From positions 197,523-261,522 of the forward strand of contig JAKLIQ010000002.1 of the NCBI GenBank assembly GCA_022709525.1: a stretch of 64,000 nt of DNA. Reading direction: 5' to 3'. Below the pieces are notes generated by a model. The model saw only the letters and a program-made list of their open reading frames with translations. It did no database searches and had not been told where the DNA came from. Made by a program: the position numbers and the translations under genes. Shown in pieces: positions 1 to 15,000 of the stretch (position 1 is its first letter; each line of letters begins with the position of its first letter). This DNA is from Candidatus Omnitrophota bacterium. Its GTDB lineage: Bacteria; Omnitrophota; Omnitrophia; Omnitrophales; Aquincolibacteriaceae.

Positions 1-3000
1 TGATCGGTTTCGATCGCAAAATCTTTTTTTTCACCGGAATGATGAACGTACCAATTTGTGATCTTGAAAAGCTCAACGATCTCTTCTACTTCTTTACTGA
101 TCCATACCTCCGTCATTCCCAACCCCGACGAAGAAGGTCCATGCAAATCCATGACGAGACCGTAATTTTCCAACAGAACAATGAGCTTGAAGGCAGAATC
201 AAAAGCTCCTTCCATAAGCCTAATATCATCGGATTTTACCTCATAAAGACCTGCTCTCTCTTTAAATCTGGGTATGAAATCCTTCATGTATTTCGAGGCG
301 GCCACCAGTTCTGCTTCGATCTGGCGAACCAGTTCTTTGAGAGCTGGAAGGTCCCCTTTTTCAACATTCTTCACCAGATCTCGATGTAGCTTATCGATCT
401 TTTTAATGATGCCGAGCGATCGAATGCCTTTGGAAGATCCCGGCTCGGAAAAAAATCGTTCGTTGAATTCGTTCCCCAGATCTTCGAATCCCTCGATCAT
501 CAAGGCGTACCCCATTCCACCCGTTACAGCATTGCGAAATTTATGAAGGGCCTGCGCAAAGATCTCGGTTTGTAATTTCAAGGCCTGCCGCGCGACAATG
601 TCGCTGGCCATAACCGGAGGCGGAATGGGAAGAACCGTCTCCACGGAAGTACCTTCTCCTGGCTTGCTTGTTAAATGAATCTTTCCACCATGACGCGTTG
701 CGATCGTTCCGGCGATCCAAAGTCCGAGCCCCCTTCTTTTTGCCGGTTCCGTCGTCCAAAAAGCGTGAAAGACCTCGGTTTTATCCTTCTCCTCAATACC
801 TTTTCCGGTGTCTTGAATGGTCACGGAAAACCGGCGAGCATCTATTTTCCGAGTAGAAATGGATATCGTTCCCCCTTTTTCCGTGGCTTGTTCCGCATTC
901 AGAAGGATCTCGGAGAAAGCCCTTTCAAGCGATGTCCTGTCGCTACGGACCCATAACGGCTCGGCGCTATAATTCTCAACAATCCTAATACCCTGCCGCT
1001 CATGGAGCTTTCGTTGCTCGATGACGGTTTGGATAACGCTGTGAATATCAAGGATCTCCGCGGAATCGGAAAGTGGCTGAGAAAATCTTAAGATATCATC
1101 AACGATCCCCGAAGTTTTACGGATCTCGTCTGCAATATGATCGATAGTGATCGTCAAAGCCGCAATTTCTTTTTCATCCAATCTTTGCTGTTTGGTCGAA
1201 GCTTTTTTAACTTCATCCAGTTGGCCTTGCATCTGAGCAAGGCGGTTTTGGAAATTATGGGCCATCCCTTCAGCTAGACGGGCCACAGCGGCTGATTTCC
1301 TCGCCTCAGCCAGATCTCTTTGTGTTTTTTCAAGCTCCTGGAGCTCTTTTTTAAGTCTTTCTTCCAGCTCTTTACGGGCAGTAATGTCTTGTTCTTCCAT
1401 GACGTACCCGACCAAACGGGTCTCTTCGTCCCGGATTTCGGCAATCGTCACGCTCGCGAGATAAATATTCCCGTCTTTTTTCTTGTGATAAAGTTCGCCC
1501 TTCCATTCGCCGCTTCGCGCGACGGTGGCCCACAAGTTCCGATAAAAATTCCGGTCATTACTGTTCGGCTTGAGAATACTTACATGATTCCCTTTGACCT
1601 GGCCAAATTCGTAGCCAGTCAACATCGTAAAGGCGGGATTGACATATTCGATATTGCCATGGGAATCCATGATGATAATACTGGTCGCTGTTTGTTCGCG
1701 GATACGTATTGATCTTTCGACCTCATCCTTCAGGCGATAATTTTCATCTTCGATTTTTTGATAAGCTTTTTTCTCGGCACGGGCCTGAATGGCTTGATAA
1801 ATAAGCCAAAAAACAAACGGCGGTAATCCAAGTAATAAAGAAAGAGTAACGTCGTGAACGCTGGCCGTGACAACGCTGGTGATAAATACGGCCAAACCAA
1901 GCCAGGCGCCGCCAAATCCCTTCTTGATGGCTAGGATTTTCCTTTGATTTTGGAGTTCCGCCAGGGTGCCCGCCGGCTTAAGCTTGATGATATCCGTGGT
2001 GTCCGTGGCGCTAAAAAATCCGATCTTTCTGAAAAATTCCCGGGCCTGGCGCTCATAAGCAGCGCTCCTTTCTTTCGCCATTTTTAGAAACTCTTCCGCC
2101 TCCTGGGAGAACATCATAGAGTCTCCGTTAAGATACTCGGCGATCACCTTTTCGATCTGATCCTCGAATTTCCCGTAGAATATATCCGCCTTAAGATCCG
2201 GGATCCGGGCAAGGTGAAGAAGCGAGCTTTCATTAGTAAGAAAACTATCCCGGATCATAGCTGCGATCACATTCGTGGCAACTTGGGTGTGGTCTTTTTC
2301 CGATGGCTCTTCTCTTGCTTCCGAACGGTTTAGCTTCTCTGAAAGAGCGCGTTCGATAACTAATTTTTCAGTTCCCATAAAGGACAATTCGAGCGCTTTC
2401 TGAGAGTTCTGCGGATTTTTTTCTTTGACAACCATGGGGTTTTTAGCTCCGGCTTGCCCTAAATCGATCTCGAGTTCCACCAAAACTCCCAGAACCTGCG
2501 CCTTTCCTTTCACGACGTTTTCTTTCCGGTAAACATCTTGCATGGTGGAAATAGCCGTCAGTATCCGTTTAAAATCAAACGTTTCCACTTCTTGATGCAA
2601 GAGATCCTGCGCTTTTGCCAATATTTCATATTGCATCCCCCGATCGTCTTGAACGCCGGATTTTTCCATAAGCTTATAAATCCTGGATGTTTTATCGTTG
2701 GGATGCATTATGTAGTCCGCTATTTCATGAATCAGGCTCCGGTTTTTCATGATCGATTGATCGGCATTCCCCAGCTCCGGAGACCGGTCGCTTGGATAGC
2801 CCTTAAAATTCGGTTCTAAACCCAGGATCTTTTGCGCTACTTCTTCAACAACATTCCGCATTTCGGAGCGAGGGTGTTTTTCGAATCGTTCCTTTTGAAT
2901 TCTCTGGAGGCCTTCGGAAACCGCGGATGAAACTCCCATAGCGCTGAATAAAAACCCTTTCATCATATCGCTTTGTTCGGCCTGCTTTGCTTTTTCTCTC

Positions 3001-6000
3001 GCGAAAACCTCATTCAAAGCTTTGGCGATCTTTTCCTCAACGTCCCCAAGCTCTTCCGGATTTCTCTCCGCGATAAAATGGAGCATTTCCACAATGCGAG
3101 TCCGTATCGCCCAACTATCGGTTTGGGGCAATAAAGCGAGAAGCTGATCGAATGTTTCTTGAGTAAGAATGGATTCGGAAGGGCCTTGCAAAATTCTTAA
3201 AACGCCTGCCAGACCGTCATCGTAGAACGTTTCTTCCTTTTGCGCTTCTTCCAAAAATCCTTCTTTGATCTCATCGAGCGTTCGTACTTCCGCGCGCAGG
3301 ACCTGACGGGCCTTCTCAACCAAATCATTCCCCGCTTCTTTCTCCAACGCTTTTCCATTCGACCGGATCTCTAAATAAACATATTGAATATTCGGGATTT
3401 TAGGCCTTCGATCGCCTGAATGAGCGTATCGAATCATGCGCGAATATTGCCGGAGGATCTCGATGCCTTGTTCCTTAAGCCAAGCGTCCACAATTTGTTC
3501 TGTATCCGGAGCGCTTTTAACCGCTATCAAAAGTTCAGTGTGATCCGCCACGGATGAAATGCCCGGCACAATGTCCGAAACGTTATAGATCTTGGATTGA
3601 GGATCACCTTTTTCTTGAGCAGATTTTTTTACCAGCTCCGACAAATCATCCGTGAGACGCCACAGTCTGTCTTCGCCGACGGTGGATGCCGCCATGTGCT
3701 CGGAAGGTAAACCGGCGAGACTTTTCGCTACTAAATTCCTTATGCTTTCTTTCCGGTTTTCTTCAACTAAGAGTCTCCGATTCAGATCCTCTCGCGCCCG
3801 GGCTTCCGGATCATCTTTGACGGGCATCAACTCTTCCCGACCGTGATTTTTTCTTTTATATTCTTCCTGTTGTCTTTTTTGCTGGACTGCATCCCAAATA
3901 GCGCGCCGGATCCGCTGCTGCTCTTTCTCTGAAAGGGCCTTCAGGGTCTTGAATTCCAGCGTGAAAAGAGAAGCGTAAACTTTGGCGCCTTTTGAATTTC
4001 GATAATTAGAATGAAGATAAGGATGCGAAACGACCAAAGGGGCTTGATCTGAAGGTTGCATGCTTTCTATAGCCTCGCCGATCGCTTTTTGAACGGCCTC
4101 ACCAAAGACGATCTCATGCTCATTGGCGGCGGCCACGACGATATCGACATACCCTTCCGGATCAACCAGAAAATCCACGAGAACGGTCCTGTCTTTATTG
4201 GCAGTTTTATCTTTAGGCGCGGTTTTGTCCTCTACCCTCTCTAGCATGGAGCTAACAATTTGATAGAACTTTTCCCGCTCTTGATAGTTGTCTGGAAATC
4301 CGGAATGGTTGATATCTTCAGGAAAATAACGCGAAGGAAGAATGGGGGTAAAATCCGTCGTTCCCCAACGCCTGGATTGGTCAGTATAAACTTTCGCTAA
4401 AAGCTGCTCCGGATCGTTTTGATGCGTTTCGCTTAGTCGCGTCTCAGACCTCAAAATATTCGATTTTTCCGCTCCTGCCCGCATTTCACCGCGCATTTGA
4501 GAATGGTAAGCAAATTGCGCGGGGTTATTTCTATTCAAGATTCTCATTAGGCGATAATAGTTCGCCGCGGGAGGCACATATCTGGCTTCGGGAAAGAATT
4601 GGTTGAAAGCGTTGGTCTTACCGCCGCTTGCCAAACGCGCTTGGACCTTTTTAACAACGCCTGTCGGACCGATATTATTCGCGGCAAAAAGAAATTTGAC
4701 CCACTCAGGTGAACGGGCAAATTGTGCGCCCAAGCCCAGGAAACCTTCCGCGCCAAAATCTTCGACAAGTTCTTGAATCTTTCTTGTAACCTCGGCGGAA
4801 TGCCCTGAAAAAATCAATGCTTCATAACGGATATTGATCTCGGGATCCAGAAGAAGCCGCGTCATTTCATCCCGATCTTTTTTACTATAAAGATTAAAAC
4901 CCTTCTTTGAAGTTCTAAATAGGTTCCTTCTAAGTGCTTCATCCAAAAAATTCTTACTGAAAGCGGTCTTTAAATTGATCTGGCAAATTCCGATGTCCGG
5001 ATAACTATCCCGGCCCTTGTTGGGGCTTATGGCCTGCGCATCAAAATTACTGGTCTCACGAAGAATAACCGTGAGAAGCATTTCAAGAGGAATGTCATTC
5101 TCACGGGCAGCCTGAATAAAAGTTCCCTTTGGAACACCGCTTTTTTTGGAAAACTGCTGTAAAAGATCCTCGGGAGTTATGTTGGAGAGAAACTCGATCT
5201 TTTTTTCAATGCTTATGCTTGGATCGTATCCAAAAAGATTTTTAAAAATGCGGTAATTCTGGTCGTTATCCATTGATGAAAGAACCTGACGAAGGGAGTG
5301 CTCGATATCCTTGGAACCTTTGGCGACCGCGGGTGTCTGGGCTTTTGGTGATGCGGGAGATGCGACTTCAAAATATTCGGGAGCACTACGAAAATTGTTA
5401 CCAACCTGGGAAACCTCAGCAGGCGGATCTTCTTTAGGCGACATATCTGCCAGCCGCTGTTTAAATGATTCCAATAAATAAGGGTAAGCCCAAAGGGTTG
5501 GGGGCAGCAATGCTAGCTCGGTCCAAAAAATGATCTTTATTGACCTGACAAGCCGCGCAATGCCAGCCCTAAGACCACCCTGCGAAGCCCGCGATTCTGA
5601 GCGAATGACAGCTAACTCTTTCGCATCCGTATCAAGCGAGAGTTCGGCACCTCCAATGATCCTGCCAAAACTTTCTTCGCTAATCGTAACGAGGGGAACG
5701 CCTAGATTTTTCGCCAGCGCCCTATTGTGATTTTCGATCTTACCGTCTGGGCTTACCACCACGATCGCTTTTGCCCCGAGATATCGTTCCGGAAAATCGG
5801 AAGGATAGAGAGTTTTTGTCACAACGATCTTATCCTGATAAGCATGCGACTCTGTTTTTTCTCCGGAAAGATTTCGCAGCAGCCTGAAGGTAATATCAAC
5901 AACATCAATAGCTTTATCTTGTAAGTCGGCGATTGCCGTTTTCTGAAACATTTCTGAAAATTTTTTCCCCGTTTCTAAAAGAGCTTGCTTCAAGTCCATG

Positions 6001-9000
6001 TTCTTTTCCAGATTTGGAACCACCGCTTCTTTAATAGCGCTTAAAAGCAAGACGTGACTTTCAAAAACAATTGATGTTTGATCGCTCTTGACAAGAAGGA
6101 TCCATCGCTCCCGAAGCGCTTCGATTTGATTTTTCGATACATCGAAGACGTTATTGAAGTCGGATTGGAAGGTTTTCGGACTCTGAGCAGAACCGGCCGT
6201 AAATAAAAGTGTCTTTCTTGAGTCTACTTGCGCAATACCGTCGACCTTCCCCGCGACGATCACCTGTTCTAGCGACAGCTTTTCACCGTCCCGCAATTCC
6301 GAACGCCTCACTTCCTTTATGAATTTTAGAAATCCCTTGTCATCACCCGACCCAAGCTCTTCATCTCCAAAAAGATACCCTGAATCGTTCTTTTCCAAAT
6401 TAAGCGTCCTAAAAAATTCTTTGGCCTCTTTTTCTCCCGTTTCGGAATCTTTGGGAATGCTGACATAAATACTGACCCCGCTTCCGCGGACAGACTCGGT
6501 CATCAATAGCTGCATGATGCTGTTCATGCTCACATCCTGATCCTTGGTCTTCAGTCGCGGAGAAAGCCCGGAATAACGTTCGGCTAATTTAACAAGGATC
6601 GTTGCTGGGCGAGCGTGAAGACTTGTTCCCCGTATTTCATAAAATGTCTCAAGAATAATTTTTTCCTCTTCCGCCGCTTCAACGCTCGGCGCCTCCTCTG
6701 TCTTCTCTCCGATTACAACATCCTCCGACTCTTCTGCGGTCGCATCCGGAGCTGAAAGAACCGATTCGGCCCCGGACTGGGTTTCCTCAACCACGATGAG
6801 GCCTGTTTCGCCGGGGCTCGTCAGGACCCTTGCCAGCCTGGATGGGGCCGCCTCGGGTTTATCCGAGTGTTCGGCCAATTTCTTCTCTAAATAAGCGCTT
6901 AGTTTTTCCTTAAGCTCTTTGTCGAGCGCATTGCCGTCTTTATCGACAAGAAAAATGCCTCTGGGACTTGTTGCCTTAACATCATCAAAAATAAAATCTT
7001 TGATGCCGACCCCGTCCCCTTTCTCGTATAAGATCGTGCTGATGGCGGCCAATAATCCCTCCCGGTCACTAGTCTCGACAATCAAAACATCCGAATGTCT
7101 TCCTATCTTTTCCTGTTTAAAAGGAATGTCCTCGAAGAGCTCGGAGGGACTCAAGAAACGCACCACGGTCTCAACCCCTTGCCAGTTCTCATAGTCTTTG
7201 TGAAGCTTAAGCTTATTTCCGTAGAGTCTTTTTGTATTGTCGAAGGGGCGATGCCGCACGCCAAAGAGACTGGCAAAAAAATCCGTCCGTCCCGACCCTT
7301 GGCTGTGGTAGATTTTTTGAAGATCTTCTTGGATTTTTTTAACTTTCGTCTCAACCGCCAATTCATCGCCTCGTTCATGCCGAAAATATCCCATGAAGCG
7401 GATCACAGCCCCTTCGTCCCCGAAATGAGGAACAGCTTCCTCCAAAATAAAACCGTTTTCATAAAGAACTCTCGAAAAAATGGGTACTAACTCTGGTTTG
7501 TATTCAGGATATCCCATTAAAATTTCATAACCTTCACGGGCATTGTCCGGTAACTTGCGGAAAAGCGTGAGAACCGTATCCGCAACTTTATTTTCCTTCA
7601 GCAATTGAAGGTGGATATAAAAAACAAGCGTCGTGACAATTTCCTGGATATCCAAAGCGCGTATGTAAGAGTAGCTTATAAGGCGTATACACTTTTCAAA
7701 TATCGAAGTGAAAATCTTTTCATCCTGTTTTTTCTCCTGGATTCCCAACATTTTTGCAATCTGAGTCTTGAGATCCGGGATATTCCCTTGGGAGGTTTGT
7801 TCTAAGTACTTTTCAAATAATTCGCCCGAATTGCGGTGCTCCAACCATTTCCAAGCAACTTCATCAAGGCGCTTTTCATGGAGCGTACGAAATAAATCCA
7901 GGGAATCGAGAGCATTGGGCGTTTGCATCGACCGCTGCATAACATAACCCTGCGTAAAAAGCTGGGTGATATAAAGTAAAGGCGATTGTTGGCCAAGCCG
8001 GATCAAGAGCGGCATTTTTTCCGGCTCTGCCAGAGATGCGCGGATAGAAAAAGTCATTAGATAAAGAAGCGTCCAGCGCTCTTTTGTTAGGCCGGGATTT
8101 GCGCTAAAGCGTCCCCACAGAGAGTCGATCTGTTCCTGAGACAGGAGATCTCTCTTGGAGATCTCCCTTTGACTCATTAACAGCCATACGATATCGTCCA
8201 AGGTTTTAGAATCAATCCCAACGGGATAAAGTGTTTCTTTCACAAGCTCCCGGATACTCCGTTCTGAGGCGCCGCTTCCTATCCTTGCGCGGACAATTCC
8301 ATCCATAAAGATGGCATATCGTAGCGTCAAGATCATCGATTCGTGCTCCGCAACCTCATGCATCACCTGCTTCGGTATGAGAAAGAAAAAGTTTCCCTTG
8401 CCCTCTAAAGTATCCAGGATCTCCAATGCGCGCATGGTCTGAAGATCTACCGAATATCGCTGACCCGCTTCAAAAAACGCTCGCATGGTTTTGTAGGTTG
8501 GAATAAAAATGTCCATAACATCGAGGCCATGCATCCGCCAAAGCGCATAAGAAGCAGGATTTTTAGATTGAAAGATCTCTTGAAAAACATTTTTTAGATG
8601 CGTTGACTCATCCTTTACTTCAGGATCTCCGCTCCGAATGCGTTCCATTAGAAGATCCAGCTGCTGTTTGGTCTGCAAAATCGCCTGCTGTGTTTTTTCG
8701 CTGATGCGAACTCCATAGAGGACCGTCAGCGCAAAAACATCAAAAATGAGTTCCGGCCGACCCGTAAATAATTCGACAGCGTTTTTGATGTGCAACTCAT
8801 GGTCCCTGCCATATCCCCATCCGACATTCCTTCGAAAGGTAAACCCTTCCGTGGTGACAAGTTCGATCTGATCGGAGGCAAAACCTGCCCGTTGAACTCT
8901 CTCACCTAAATCATAGGGCGTGTATTTAGGTGGAAATTGATTCAATAAAAGCCGGCGGCTCATTAAAACAATGTCATCAAAAACACTCGTGGTCGCTTCC

Positions 9001-12000
9001 CGATATTCTTTAAAAAAAGCCTGAAAGGTCTTCTCATCATCGGTCGGCAGCCATTCAACGGTCTGACCCAAAAGCTCATAGTGCCTTCTGTAAAATTTCA
9101 AGAAATCATTCACAAAGGAGGGGTGCAGAATATTCTGCTTCAACTTTTTATCTTTTTGGTATTCACGAAAGACGTCGCGAATGCTTTTAAGAAAATCAAA
9201 ACGCCGGAGAAGAAGCAGGTCCTCCTCGCGAGACTCCAGGAGTTCCTGGTCCTTTTGACCAATAAAATCCTTGATGCGATAATGGCGGATGATCCTTTCT
9301 AGCTCATCGCGGGTCATCTCATCTTTCGGATCAAGGGCTAATCGCTCTCTCAAGGCTCTTAGCTCTTCACTTTCATCTTGCCATAACAGCTTCACGATCA
9401 GGCGCTTCAAAAAGTTGAATTCCTCAAAAGATCCTTCCCCTTTAACCGGATCGATATTGAGACGGTAAAAAGCGTTGTCGAAACCTGCTTTTTGGTACCG
9501 CGACTGCCATTCCTCAAGCACAACCAAAATACTGCTGACTTTCCTAAAAGCATCGGAGGCTTTTTTGGAGGCCCGCTGATCCGCATCTCCGACAAGATGC
9601 TCCAAAAAGGAAAAATCGAAAGAGCTGTCGATATGCCTGGAAACCAACTTAGCATGTGCGATCTTATTAGGAGACATGCTCAAGGTAAGTGTTAAATGAT
9701 TACCAAAACGTTTTTTCAGAAATTTTGAAAAAAGTATGAATTTATCATGAGAGGCGACTTCACCGCAAAAACTTAAACCTACGTTTCTTCCTGTTCTTAA
9801 ATTTAGATCCGCAATGGTTGAAGCGATCTTCAAATAAAGTTCAACGTTGTTCGGATCCAGCCTTTCAATCCAGGGCTGCGCCCAGGCATAGTCGCGATTT
9901 GCATGAACCGAAACACCCGTCTGCTCCAAAAGGAATTTCTCCAAAAGTTTCATTTCTAAATCATTTGTTCCCACGCTAATAAATTTGACGAACGGTTTTC
10001 CATGCCTTTGAAAATTAAGGATTTTTTCGAGCTCCTGGACCGCCTGGGGAGTTTCGACCATAGCGCCATAAGAGATCGTCTCAACGATCTGAGAAACCAT
10101 TTCCTTGGGTTCCTGCGTCCCGCGCTCTTTCAAAACTTGGCTAGCAACCACTTCGGCCTGCTCTAATATTTCGTTGCTAATGAATTCGATATCCGCAAGG
10201 CCGTCAATTTGAGGAAACATGAGTTTGAGACGAGGGGTCTGCCCCTGACGGGATTTCAACAGTTGTTCCTGAACGATAATCAGCGCCGCAACTTGCTGGG
10301 TGAGAATTTCTTTCCCGAGAGGGGTGCGATAGAAATTAAACCCCGAATACTCTTCCGTGAATGCGTTCCAATCCTCCGCCGCATACCCAAAAACTTTGAA
10401 TAGGACATCAAAGAGATCGGTGTTTTTATCCGGCCAAAGATCGAGTGTGCGAAACACTTGGTCTTTGTCGACAAGAGACGGATTATCCAGCTGCGCAAAG
10501 TAGGATTGTTCGAGATGAAGACGGAACAAATCTAGAGACTTTTTGAGACGATCCGGAACCCTGGATAAAATAGCGGTTGATCGCCCAATGGTGTTGTGTA
10601 ATTCGACCAACGAAGGATCGACCTCCAAATGGTTGACGGGTTCGATTGAATATAGTTTCTCAAGGTAAGACCCGAATGTTGCTATGTTGGAATTGAACAA
10701 TTCCGGATGGTCTTTGGAATCGAAAAAATTAAGCACGAAATCGACAAGCCAATCGTCATTTTGAGACGTTTCAACCTTTTTAAGATTGTAATATTTTTCG
10801 AGTTTTTTCTGGACCGAGAGAATGATTTTTTTTACGGCGGCACGACGATTTCTTGGGACCGATGAAATCTTCGCCAGTTCCCTGATTGCGTCCATGAGGA
10901 GCTTTATGACCGTGGAAGTATCCGACGATTCAAAATGATAAGCTCTCTCTAAATACTCCAGCAAAGATTGGACGGCCCTTTGAAGGGCTTGTGTTGATTT
11001 TATTTCTAGCGCCAATGTGGTCGCAATATCTTCGACCATTTTTGTGATAGCTTTGTCAACCTCAGAACGGGTTAGCCCTATCCCTTCTGCTTTTGATTCG
11101 ATAACGCTTTGAGTTTCACCAACAAAAGTATTGGCAAAAAAATTCAGATTGGAATCTTTAATGTGTGCGCTTCCTTTCTCCGCAATCCGCATCAGCTGAT
11201 CCCCGCGTTCTTTTTCTATGGCTCCCTGAATCTCTTTTTTACCGGGATGGAGCAGAAAATATCCTTGAATCCCCTCTTCGCCCAGCGTTGCGGAGACAAT
11301 GACTTCATCCCCCGCACTCAGCTTTTGAAACAATTTTTCGTTTTCATCATCAGGCGAGATCACCAGAACCGGAGGAGGATTCGGATATTGCTGCAACGCT
11401 ACCACCCAATGGGTTGAAAGGTTAGCTTGAGTGGTCACAATGGCCTTAATTTGCGAGCCGAATTGCGTCATAATATCTTCGACTTTGTCGACCCCCATCG
11501 TTTCGGAGATATAAAGAACAACGCCTCCAGAAGATTTTTCCGGCATGGCGATTTGAAAAGTTTTTGCCTTCCCATGTCTGGAAACGAGCTCGGCGATCAG
11601 GCGGTGAGCTATGCTAATGTATTCTTCCCAGTCCTGGACCATGCCAGGCAAACCTTTCGAACGATAAAGCTCTTGCTGATCATAAAGGCCCGCACTTTTT
11701 TTTGAGAGAACATCCTCATAAAAAATGGCGGCAAAATTCTTCTTCTCTTTTTTCATACGTTCTAGCGTTTCTTTCTTGCTTTCCTCAGATTTAAAATAAG
11801 CTTGAGCCGGCTTTAAAACGGTTTGTTGGGCCATCATCTTCATGCTGTCTTTGGCTGCATAATCTAAATAAATCCGTCGGGTCCCTTCTAGGGCGTCTCT
11901 AAGCTTTGGATCCGTGACTGCATTATTTTCAAGCGCCTTTCGTATCTCGTTAAATATCCCGGCCCGTTTTGAAAAGGAGCCCGGCTTAACTGCCTCCTTT

Positions 12001-15000
12001 AGATCGATCAGGGATAAATGCGCAAATGCTTCGGCAGCTCTTTCTGTTTCCTCCATTTTTCTTTCGAGATCCTGAATCCTTTTTTCGTAGTCATTTACAA
12101 AATCGTTCAGGGCGTTTTCGGCGAACTCAAGCTCCTCCTCAGCAGAACCGGAAAATCCCAATTGCTGCAACGCATACATTTTGATTTGATTCATAATGTG
12201 ATCCAGCGATGGTTTCCGCTTCGGATCTTGAATCCCTTTTGTGCGCAACCGCCGCAAAAGACCCCCAATTAAATTGATAGTCCTTGTTTTCCTGTTAAGA
12301 AGTAGATCTATTTTTATTTCGCGCTTAAGCTCATCAGCTTCCTTTTGAAGCAATTTTTGAAGGTCTCGAGAAATATTCTCTGAAGTTTTTTCAATAATAG
12401 AATTTAGCTTTTGAGCTTCTCCTATAAAGCTTTCCTTAGGCGCCTGGTAAAGGATCTCTTCAGGGAGCGCGTTAGCGAAAACAGCGAGAGGAGCAAAGAC
12501 GCTCGCTTCCGCCGTGCTCTCTCCGACAATCCGCATTTCGGAGCGAGGGTCGCCGGGCTTTTTTTGTTCAGTGGAAAGATCTAAAACTCCTTTTTCAACA
12601 ATAACCTGCTTAGTATTTTGCTCAAGGAGGTCTTGGACGGTATCGCTGGAATCACCCAAGATCGGAGTTAAAAGACGGCGGATGCGTTTCATATCGAAGC
12701 GCCCGTCTTTTTCGGCTTCCGCAAGGAGATTGTTCGCGATGACTTTCAATTCCAGGAAGCTCAACTTTTTTGGATCATACTCCCCAACAGTGTCTAAAAG
12801 ATTTGCCACGAGCTCATCGAACTTGGATGCCTGGCCGTTTTTTGGCACTGGCTGAACTTTTTCCATCTCGACGAGTTTCTGGAGATTTTTTTCCAAAGCC
12901 ACCCGGTCAAAGGATTCTTCTGACGTTTTTGTAACCGCTTCGTTCTTCCCTGCTTCCTCCCGCGTTTCGGAGCGAGCTGCGGGCAATTGTCCGTATTCAA
13001 CATGAATGATATCGCTTAGGTTGGCGGTCTGCGGCTCGCTTGAGGATAAAACCGCATGAATCGTCAATGCATCCGCTTTTCCAAAAGTAATGTCCGTAAC
13101 GACAGGTTCGATGCCTTGGCCATAAGCCACAAAAGTCGCGAAAGAGCTGTCGCCTGTTAGCGCTTCCGGCATGACCGCGGCGTTTTGAGAAGTTATGTTC
13201 AAGGGAGAGGTCCGGGTTTGAAATCGAAGCGTCTTGTCTTGGTCTGCGCGAAGCGGTTCCGCGCTCAAAACTTTTGAAAGCACGGGATGAGCGGCGACCG
13301 CTTGTTTGACATGAGCGGCCACTTGATCCGGGGAGTTTTGATATTTTTCAAAAAGCGCCGGAGCGGCGGTCTCAAGTAATTGCCTGAACAGAATGGCTTC
13401 TTGTTTGGTGCTGAAAGGATTTTTGGTTTTGAAATAAGGGCCAAGGTCCGCATTTGCGCCCGTCATGACCTTTTGATAACGTTCCCCGCCATCGACGCCA
13501 CGGATCCTGGGCGACACAACCGCATAACCGATCCCTTCTTCCTGGAGGAGCTTTTCGAGCCCTTCGGTATGAAAGCCGCCGGTCACTAACACGATAACCC
13601 GGGATTTGGGACTCGGGACTCGGGACTCGTTTTGGTTTCTTGTTTCACGAGTCCCGAGGTGCGAGGTATGAGTCCCCGTTGAAAACGCCAAGGCGTTTTC
13701 AAGCATGGCTCGATCACGCTTAGTCGAAGTCGCGTAGAACTGATAGGCCTGCGCAATAAAAGGCTTTATATTCGGGATATTTTTCGCCAGAACTTCCAGA
13801 TCGCCGCGCCGGTCAAGCGCTTGTTCATATTCGGGACGCGCCAACTCAAGATGGAGAAGTTTTGTGAGGAGGGAGAGATCATTCAAACGCTCGATGAATT
13901 GTTTTTCCGTGTCCGTCTTGGCCGATCTTTCCAGGATATTCTCCTCCAAAGAAGCCATTTCATCCAAAAGCCCCGTGATCTCGACTTCGGAACGCAAGAC
14001 AAGGACCTTCCAGCTTTTCATGAAATGAGAATATGCCTTAAGATCCACCGGATGTTTTTGGATAAAAAGCATCAGGCCTTCAAGAAGTTTCCGGGGATAG
14101 AGGGCGCGCTCGACCGGATAGGAGAACTGTTCCCCCTCCGCCTCCGGCAAAAGCCCCTGCTCGCGGCCGTATGTTTCGAGCGCTTTAACGAATTTCAGCT
14201 CCGACTTTTCTTTCGCGGAAACCCGCAAGGCGTCCAGAACATCAGCCCATTCCCTTTTGGCGGCCTCCTGATCGAAACCTTTTTGGGCCTCCTCGGTCAG
14301 AAGAACGCGGATCAGGTTCGGAAAACGCAATTGCTCGATCGTGTCGGTCAGATCGATCTGAAGAACTTTGAGGGTCTGGGACTTTAGATAGCGGATATAA
14401 GCGACAAGATCCGGATCCCCCGACGCCTGCGACATATTGAACTTACCTTCTTTGCGACGCTCCCGCTCCTTGAGAAAATCACGCAGGTCGGGATTCAGGG
14501 CCTTGGAAGATTCTTTTTCGAGTTGAGCGCGCAGGGGATTCAGAAGCGTCCCGATCTCGTCGCGGCGGAATAAAAGATCGCGAAAGGTCTTCAGGTTCTC
14601 GCGGTAGAGTTCGGCGTCTTCAACGCCTTCCACTCGGACTTGAGACTTGAGACTTGAGACTTCAGACACTAGTCTCTGGTCACTAGTCTCCGGTCTGTTC
14701 TGAAACTTGTCCCAAAGATACAATTCCACGCCGTTCAATTCGCCTTTTTGGCGGAGATCGTCAACAACGGCCCGGTTCGCTTCGGGGAATTCAGAGAAAA
14801 ATTCGAAATATTCGGGATGAAGACGGCCTTTGGCCCCTTCAAGGCCGATGGTCAGATCGGGGAATTTTTCTTCCAGGTAACGGAGAATACCCGCAATATT
14901 CTGTTCCGCTTCGGGATTGGAGTGGGCGTCCTGGATCTGGATCACAAACGGTTTTCCGGCCACCGCCCGGCCCGGCTCCCAGGAACGGGTCACCAAACCC

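Noticed and set aside
541-759. Track ORF 541..759 (-) and many long plus-strand ORFs antisense to real genes (e.g. 13821..14387, 19101..19889, 26111..26887, 38602..39561, 40934..41860, 44866..45858, 48099..48806, 50853..51764, 54198..55505, 60141..60962)
   Set aside because: All lie entirely inside, or antisense to, strongly supported genes. They have R/H/D-rich low-complexity translations and no RBS, so they are shadow ORFs. The 541..759 ORF starts with TTG and is in a different frame from the continuous giant ORF.
14639-14668. Tandem heptamer and octamer-like repeats as a possible CRISPR or minisatellite
   Set aside because: There are only 3-4 units with no spacers, and they lie in frame inside a CDS. 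They are part of the palindromic family-A element, not a CRISPR array.
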